From positions 1 through 15,339 of the forward strand of contig CBFGIY010000058.1 of NCBI GenBank assembly GCA_965648935.1: 15,339 bases of DNA. The letters run 5' to 3'. This document shows, piece after piece, positions 1-5,715 of the stretch; within the stretch, counting starts at the first letter, position 1; every line of letters starts with the position of its first letter. Under the pieces are notes generated by a model, which saw only the letters and a program-made list of their open reading frames with translations, had not been told where the DNA came from and did no database searches. This DNA is from a candidate division WOR-3 bacterium (lineage in GTDB: Bacteria; Hydrothermota; Tepidihabitantia; Tepidihabitantales; Tepidihabitantaceae). The translations under genes and the position numbers were made by a program.

Positions 1-2239
1 AGCCGGACGGTTCAAGCACCGCCCGCGCCGCCGCGTCCCGCGCGCGCGGGCCCGGCACCCAGAAGGTATCATACTTGACGTTGTTCGCCGCGTTGGCATC
101 GGCCAGCAGCGCCTCGGCGCGGCTCACCCAGACGCCCGGCCGCGTGCGGTACGCCTGGCTCATCACGACCGGTACCGTGCCGCCCGGGGCCAGCCCGAAC
201 ACCGTCTCGCGGTCCGAGTACGTGCCGATGCGGAATTCGACGGGCACCGCGGCCAGCACAGTATTGCCCAGATTGCGCACGACGCACTCCGGGTAAAGCC
301 AGGTCGAATCCGGCACCGTGTCCACCGGACGGACAATCTGGCTGATGGCCACGTCGCGCACCGCCAGGAACATCGAATCGCGGCGCGCATCGTTCCACGG
401 GGCCGGGTCGAGCGTGAATTCGGTCGAGCAGGACACCGCGTACCAGCCGCGCGCCGTGAAAACGCGTTGCGGGAAGGTCACCAGGCGGCGCGTGCCCGGG
501 TCGTGGTTGGCGACCGTCGCGGTCTGGTTGTAGCCGCTGCCCACCTTCATCCGCACCGTGTAGGTCGCGCTGCGGCTGCCGTAGTTCATCACGGTGCAGG
601 CTGGAGTGACCGACACGCCCGAGTCAATCTGCCCGACCGGCGCGACTATCCGGCTGACCCCGACATCATAGGGCAGCAGCACCGTTACGGTGTCGACCAG
701 CTTGTCGTTGGCGCGCCGCACGTCCGTGCCCAGCCGGGTCGAACAGGACACGACCTGCAGGCCGCCCTGGCTTGCCCCGACAATCCAGTCCTGGGGGAAG
801 GTTACCAGCCGGCGCGTGCCCGGCGCGTGGTTGAGCACCATCCCGAGCTGGTCGTAGAACGAGCCGATCTGCATCCGCACCGAGTAGGACACCGTGCTCG
901 TGCCCCAGTTGTAGGTCGAGCAGGACGGCGTGACCGTATCGCCGGCATAGGTCACCTCCGGGAGCAGTATGCGACTGCATCCCACGTCGATACCCACGAC
1001 CCGGAACGGCTCGGCCCAGGTGTCGTTGCCCGCGAAGGCGTCGCCCGCCATGTACAGCGAGCAGCGCGCCACGTAGTCGCCGCCCACCTGCGCGACCCAG
1101 GAAGGGAACCCGAGGGTATCTTCGTCCTTGGGCGCGAGCGTCTTGCTCCGCGTCTGAACATAGCCGGTGAAGCGCATCGTCGCGGTGAAGGTGCGCGACT
1201 GGAGCGTGTCGAAATTGCGCACGAACACCACCGGCCGGATCGTGTCGCCGATGTTGTAGGTGATGCGCGGCGCGCGCAACCCGGTGATGCCGACGTCGCT
1301 TGAGCGCAGGTTGTGCCAGCCGTCCAGCTTGTAAATCGTGTTGTTCGGGTTCTGCATTATCCCGATCCAGTAATCGCCCGAGCGCGGGTCCCAGGCCACG
1401 CCGCGCACGTTGTTCGTCTGGCTGTTGAGATTGGGCAGCCGCGCGTGGTTGAGGATGCCCAGCGTGTTGCGGTCGAGTTCGTAGAGCACGCAGGAGTCAA
1501 GAATGCTCCCCGACCGGAAAAAGCTGTAGGTCAACAGCAGGCTTGGCCAGTTCGGGTTGGTTGTCGAATAGTCAAAGTCCAGGCACCTCGCCCCGGCGTA
1601 TGAAGTTGGCAGGTGCTCCAGCCCGACCCGGCGCAGCACCGTGCCCATCGTGTCGGTGACATACAGCGAGCAGGGCCACTCGCCCTCGCCCATCCGGTCC
1701 ACGAGGTAGAGCTGCTTGTTGCGTTCGTCGAACGCGATGCCGGTGGGATAGCGGGTAGCGGGCGACTGAAACTGGCGCGTCACGCCGCCGCCGGCCACGT
1801 CCACCTTGTACACCCGCTTGAACTTGGACGAGTGCACCCAGATGGAGTTGTCGTAGCGGCAGTAAGCCAGGTCCTGAAACGAATCGTTCTCCTGGCCCGG
1901 GATTGTCGGCAGCGCGATGGTGTCCTTGGCCATCGGGTTGGTCGAATCGGCCGAGCGGTAGCGGTGAAACACGCTGTGCCAGAAGAAGACCGACAGCATC
2001 TTGTCGCTCGGACCGTCGTAGCTCAGGCCGTACAGGCCCCAGGATTCGCTGGCCAGGTCGCTCATTCGCGCCGGCCCCCAGTGAACCGTGGGCGGCGGGT
2101 CCTGCTCCGGCACCTTGACCGGCTCGGCCCACTCCCCGGGGATTCTCGGCCGCTCGGGCGGGTCACCTGCCGCCAGGGTCGCGGCCGGCACCAGAAGCAA
2201 GGCAAAAAGGAACACTCGAACAAGACGAAGTCTGCGCAC
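1..2239 (-). CDS. Secreted protein, 3'-truncated by the window edge: signal peptide, beta-propeller-like N-terminal domain (~310 aa), then at least 4 complete tandem CARDB/Ig-like repeats and the start of a fifth
   Basis: Hand translation from GTG at 2239 (RBS GGAGGT at 2245-2250) is open for 746 codons to position 2. It has no stop in the window, which explains its absence from the ORF track. Signal peptide MRRLRLVRVFLFALLLVPAATLA. Propeller-blade motifs YPTGIAFDERNKQLYLVD and NVRGVAWDPRSGDYWIG. Repeats begin DVGITGLRAP (1297), DVGCSRILLP (988), DVGVSRIVAP (667), DVAISQIVRP (355) and DAAARAVLEP (37), each ending near an ND/NN motif. Confidence 0.9.
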   Translation of the reverse strand, partial: MRRLRLVRVFLFALLLVPAATLAAGDPPERPRIPGEWAEPVKVPEQDPPPTVHWGPARMSDLASESWGLYGLSYDGPSDKMLSVFFWHSVFHRYRSADSTNPMAKDTIALPTIPGQENDSFQDLAYCRYDNSIWVHSSKFKRVYKVDVAGGGVTRQFQSPATRYPTGIAFDERNKQLYLVDRMGEGEWPCSLYVTDTMGTVLRRVGLEHLPTSYAGARCLDFDYSTTNPNWPSLLLTYSFFRSGSILDSCVLYELDRNTLGILNHARLPNLNSQTNNVRGVAWDPRSGDYWIGIMQNPNNTIYKLDGWHNLRSSDVGITGLRAPRITYNIGDTIRPVVFVRNFDTLQSRTFTATMRFTGYVQTRSKTLAPKDEDTLGFPSWVAQVGGDYVARCSLYMAGDAFAGNDTWAEPFRVVGIDVGCSRILLPEVTYAGDTVTPSCSTYNWGTSTVSYSVRMQIGSFYDQLGMVLNHAPGTRRLVTFPQDWIVGASQGGLQVVSCSTRLGTDVRRANDKLVDTVTVLLPYDVGVSRIVAPVGQIDSGVSVTPACTVMNYGSRSATYTVRMKVGSGYNQTATVANHDPGTRRLVTFPQRVFTARGWYAVSCSTEFTLDPAPWNDARRDSMFLAVRDVAISQIVRPVDTVPDSTWLYPECVVRNLGNTVLAAVPVEFRIGTYSDRETVFGLAPGGTVPVVMSQAYRTRPGVWVSRAEALLADANAANNVKYDTFWVPGPRARDAAARAVLEPSG
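38..1297 (-). repeat. Four tandem 103-107 aa CARDB-like domain repeats within the CDS
   Basis: Units of 309, 321, 312 and 318 nt with consensus DV(G/A)xxxIxxP..G..V.P.C.V.N.G...(Y/F).V.M.(I/V)G..Y......LxPG....V.F......SCS......ND. Units 2 and 3 share NH(A/D)PGTRRLVTFPQ and are similar at DNA level. Confidence 0.85.
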
Positions 2240-2346
2240 TTGATACCTCCACACAAAGTGCATCCTTCGGGTGGCTGACTTGTTCGAGAGTGTGGACGCG
2301 ACCAGCCCACCCGGGCCCGGCCGAAAACGTCCGTGAATGTTGACCT

Positions 2347-2369
2347 GGGTGACGGGACTCCCGTCACCC
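2347..2369. promoter_or_regulatory. Perfect 23-bp palindrome GGGTGACGGGA-C-TCCCGTCACCC at the predicted transcription start (operator or 5' hairpin)
   Basis: 11-bp arms around a single central base, beginning 7 nt downstream of the TATAAT box on the minus strand. Confidence 0.6.
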
Positions 2370-2376
2370 CGTATCA

Positions 2377-2404
2377 ATTATACCGGGAATCGCCGCGCGG
2401 TCAA
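2377..2404 (-). promoter_or_regulatory. Sigma70-type promoter for the CARDB-repeat gene: TTGACC-N16-TATAAT
   Basis: -35 at 2399-2404 and a perfect -10 at 2377-2382, in an intergenic gap of a high-GC sequence. Confidence 0.75.
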
Positions 2405-2444
2405 CACCGCCCGCCCGGAATCGCGCCTTCTGTCTCCTGCCGTC

Positions 2445-4634
2445 TCACTCCCCTGCCCTGGCAATCCTGCCCACGCTGCGAAAACCGTCGGCCTCGACAA
2501 GCACGATATACAGGCCGCTGGCGACCTCGCGGCCGTACTGGTTGCGCCCATCCCAGGCCAGCTCGCGGGTCCGCACCCCCTCGAACCGGCGCACCAGCAT
2601 CCCGGACAGCGTGAAGATGCTGACGCGGCACTCCTCACCTGCCGGGAAGTCCAGCACCAGCCGGCACGGCCCGGCAAACGGTGCCGGCTTCGTGTAGGGC
2701 TCGGCCCATCTCTCGACCGGGGCCTCGTAGAACTGCCCAGCGCTTGAAACGTTGCCGAACGAGTCGGTCGCGGTCACGAACCAGATGTAGCCGTCGGGTC
2801 TGCGCTCGAGGCCCGCGAGCGCGAAAGTCGTGTCCTCGAGTCCCTGCACGACCGCCCCCAGCCCCTCAAGCGCATAGACCTTGATGTCGTCGATATGGCA
2901 GCCTGCCCCGCTAACCGCGCCGCCCGTTCTGAACCGCACGCGCAGGTAGACGCTGTCCGACGCGGGCAGCACGTAGCGCCGCTCGTGCCACTCGGCCGCG
3001 CTGCCGTACAGCGAATCCAGCGGCCGCCACCGGCCCCGCCGGTCGGCCCACTCCACCTGCACCGCGTCGCGCCACAACCCGGCCGAGTCCTGCGCCTCAA
3101 GGGTCGAGAACCACGTGTACAGCGACAGCAGCCCGCCCTCGGGCAGCGCGATTGCCTCGACCGACTCGATGAAGTGGTCAAGGTTGGCCCCGGTACCTGA
3201 AAACAGCGACCGCTGGCCCGAGCGGAACCGCGCCGCACTCGCGCTCCAGCCGACCGCTATCCAGCGGCCGAGGTCCTCGCACGGGTCGCTGAACGCCTCG
3301 ACCGCGCCGCGCGACTGGTGGAGGGTGTAGCGCACCGGCGCGAGGTCGCGGGCGCGCCGCCACCACAGCCGCACCTCGCCGCGCCGGCCGACCCGGTGCG
3401 AGACGATGTCGGGCCGTGTCGGCTTGACATCGTCCGACCCGAAGTAGCGGTTGAGCATCGCGCGCCAGCCGACCCGACCGGCAAACGACAGCCCGGCGTA
3501 CGACTCGGCGAGCGCCTTGAACTCGAGCCAGCGCGACGGGAACCAGCAGGCCAGGCCCCGCGCGTCGGCCAGCCACCCGCCCGAGTTGGCCCGCGCGACG
3601 ACCGCTGCGCTCAACCGCGTGCGGAGCGACTCGGGCGCGCCGGCCAGCTCAAGCAGGTGCAGCAGGTCAACCTGGTCGTCGGCCGGGCACGGCGGCCGGC
3701 CGCCCGTGGCCGCGAACGTCTGTACCCGCGCGCGCGCCGGTCCGAGGCCCGGGCCGGCCGACGCAACCCACGTCCCGAGCGCCGGCATCGCCCGGTCCAG
3801 CCGCGCCAGGTCGACCGCGGCAATCTCCACCGTGTCATCCGGGTACGCCGCGACGTAATCCGCGCAAGCGGCGCGGCAGAACTCCTCGGCGCTCATCCCC
3901 GGCCGCGCGGTCAGCCGGCCGAGAATCTCGGCATAGGGCCAGCCGCCGATCGGCACCAGCCCTTCCGAGGCCAGCATCAGACCGGCCCGGCCAACGGCTT
4001 CGGCCGCCACCTCGACCATACCCATCAGGCAGGCGTCGAACCCCAGCACTTCGGGCCGCCGGCCCCACCCGGCGCGAAACGCCTCAAGCGCGGCCGCCAG
4101 CTCGCCCCCGGCCACGCCCATCATGTGCCGGTGCGACTCGTCGATGATTATCGCGTCTGCCGGAGCTGTCGCCCTCGGGTTTTCGCAGTTGACTTCTGCA
4201 GTCCTCAGTCCGCGATCGGCGATCTCGTCTCGCGCTCCGTCCGGACCGTAACCCTGTGTCCAGCCGGTGCCGTGGTCCCACAGCACCAGCAGGAGGCGGC
4301 GCGCCGGGTACCGGCGGGAGAGAAAGGCGCCGAAATCACCCAGTGTGGCCGGGTCGGCCATATCCACCGGCCCGAGGTCGCCGAGCGGTTCGAGCCGGCC
4401 CTGCCGCACGAGGTAGCGCCGGCACCCCGGCACCGAATCGCGCGCCGGCCGGTCCGCCTGCACCACGACGTTGACCTCGCCGGTCGAGCCGGCCGCGCAC
4501 ATCTCGGCAAGGTCGCGCCACGACTGGTCGCTCATCCCATTGTCTGCGGCCATGTACACGCCGACCGTCCACTCCGCGCCCGGGCTTGGCGCCGCGAAAA
4601 GCAGCAGGGGCACGGCGAACCGTGCCCCTGCCAT
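2445..4634 (-). CDS. Clostripain-related cysteine peptidase (MEROPS C11) with an FN3-like/jelly-roll region and a C-terminal FlgD-Ig/T9SS type A sorting-like domain
   Basis: Family motifs WTVGVYMAADN, VNVVVQAD, DMADPATL, YPARRLLLVLWDHGTGW (catalytic His codon 4272-4274), GFDACLM (catalytic Cys codon 4029-4031) and LASE..VP..GWPY. C-terminus SIFTLSGMLVRRF...WDGRNQYGREVASGLYIVLV. ATG 4634 gives a signal peptide (MAGARFAVPLLLFAAPSPGA). The track start at 4667 overlaps the upstream gene and the RBS is weak, so the exact start is uncertain. Confidence 0.88.
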   Translation of the reverse strand: MAGARFAVPLLLFAAPSPGAEWTVGVYMAADNGMSDQSWRDLAEMCAAGSTGEVNVVVQADRPARDSVPGCRRYLVRQGRLEPLGDLGPVDMADPATLGDFGAFLSRRYPARRLLLVLWDHGTGWTQGYGPDGARDEIADRGLRTAEVNCENPRATAPADAIIIDESHRHMMGVAGGELAAALEAFRAGWGRRPEVLGFDACLMGMVEVAAEAVGRAGLMLASEGLVPIGGWPYAEILGRLTARPGMSAEEFCRAACADYVAAYPDDTVEIAAVDLARLDRAMPALGTWVASAGPGLGPARARVQTFAATGGRPPCPADDQVDLLHLLELAGAPESLRTRLSAAVVARANSGGWLADARGLACWFPSRWLEFKALAESYAGLSFAGRVGWRAMLNRYFGSDDVKPTRPDIVSHRVGRRGEVRLWWRRARDLAPVRYTLHQSRGAVEAFSDPCEDLGRWIAVGWSASAARFRSGQRSLFSGTGANLDHFIESVEAIALPEGGLLSLYTWFSTLEAQDSAGLWRDAVQVEWADRRGRWRPLDSLYGSAAEWHERRYVLPASDSVYLRVRFRTGGAVSGAGCHIDDIKVYALEGLGAVVQGLEDTTFALAGLERRPDGYIWFVTATDSFGNVSSAGQFYEAPVERWAEPYTKPAPFAGPCRLVLDFPAGEECRVSIFTLSGMLVRRFEGVRTRELAWDGRNQYGREVASGLYIVLVEADGFRSVGRIARAGE

Positions 4635-4656
4635 TGCGAGCCTTGCGCCCGCGAGT

Positions 4657-5703
4657 CTAGAACCCAACCGTCAGCAGCAGGCGGTGGGTCGGCTGCAGGT
4701 ACTGCAGGAAGCGGTACCCGTAGTCCACCCCGAGTTTCAGGCCCTTGGCCGGCTCGGTCTTCACGCCCAGCCCTGCCGACAGGCCCGTGCCCCAGCCGAC
4801 GTTCTTCTGGTAGGTGAAGTCGGTGTTGAGCACGTACCCGGCGCGGACAAAGAACGTCTTCGCGTAGCCGTACTCCAGCCCGAAGTTGACCGTTTCGTTG
4901 ATGTCCGACGGGTGGATGAGGTCGACCGCGGCGGTCAACAGGTTGTCGCCCTGGCTGACCACGTCGTAGGCCGCCCCGAACCGGAAGCTCGTCGGCAGCG
5001 GCGCCGGCGAGGTCTTGTATGAACCCTGCAGCTGCGACGGGCCCGAGTCGCCCCAGAAGAAGTTGTAGTCGAGCTGCCGGCCGGTGAACGAGAGCTGGGT
5101 GCCGAAGTTGGTCATCGCCGCGCCAATGCGCAGCGAGTTCCAGCCGGTGTTGTAGTGCAGGCCGAGGTCGGCCCCCACCGCGCTCGCCGACATGTCCCAG
5201 ATCGACTGGTTTATCGCCTTCACGGTCAGCCCGAACGCGAGCTTCTCCGTGATGATGCGCGAGTAGGTCGCCGCGACCGCGAGGTCCGACGCGCCGAAGT
5301 ACAGGCCGGTGCCCTCGTCCTCGCGCAGCCGGGTCCTGGGGTTGTCGACCGTGGTCTGCTCCATGTCGCCCATCGCCAGCGCGGTCACGCTGAGCCCGAC
5401 CGTGCCGAAACCGGTCGGCAGCACCGCGCTGATGTGCTCGTGGGTGATGTCGGCGATCCACTCAAGGTGATTGAGCTGGATGCTGCGACCGACCCGGGCC
5501 AGGCCGGCCGGGTTGTAGTAGGCTGCTGCCGCATCATCGGCGATGGCGCAGAACGCATCGCCCATCCCGGTCGCCCGGCCCACGCCGATCTTGAGGAAAT
5601 TGGCGCCGGTCGTGCCGACCTTCGAGAACGCGCCCAGCGCGGCCGAGGCCACCAGGAGTGCGGCGATGACAGTCCGGAGAGTGTATCCGCTGTTGCGATT
5701 CAT
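4657..5703 (-). CDS. PorV/PorQ-family (UPF0164, FadL-like) outer-membrane beta-barrel
   Basis: Signal peptide followed by the family N-terminus FSKVGTTGANFLKIGVGRATGMGDAFCAIADDAAAAYYNPAGLA, amphipathic strands, PLPTSFRFGAAY, and a C-terminal beta-signal HRLLLTVGF. RBS AGGAGG upstream of ATG 5703. Confidence 0.88.
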   Translation of the reverse strand: MNRNSGYTLRTVIAALLVASAALGAFSKVGTTGANFLKIGVGRATGMGDAFCAIADDAAAAYYNPAGLARVGRSIQLNHLEWIADITHEHISAVLPTGFGTVGLSVTALAMGDMEQTTVDNPRTRLREDEGTGLYFGASDLAVAATYSRIITEKLAFGLTVKAINQSIWDMSASAVGADLGLHYNTGWNSLRIGAAMTNFGTQLSFTGRQLDYNFFWGDSGPSQLQGSYKTSPAPLPTSFRFGAAYDVVSQGDNLLTAAVDLIHPSDINETVNFGLEYGYAKTFFVRAGYVLNTDFTYQKNVGWGTGLSAGLGVKTEPAKGLKLGVDYGYRFLQYLQPTHRLLLTVGF

Positions 5704-5715
5704 CTTCGCCTCCTC

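Noticed and set aside
69..2367. Short track ORFs across the first 2.3 kb, suggesting a fragmented or non-coding region
   Set aside because: One uninterrupted minus-strand frame (2239 to <1) explains the region. The track missed it because its stop lies outside the window.
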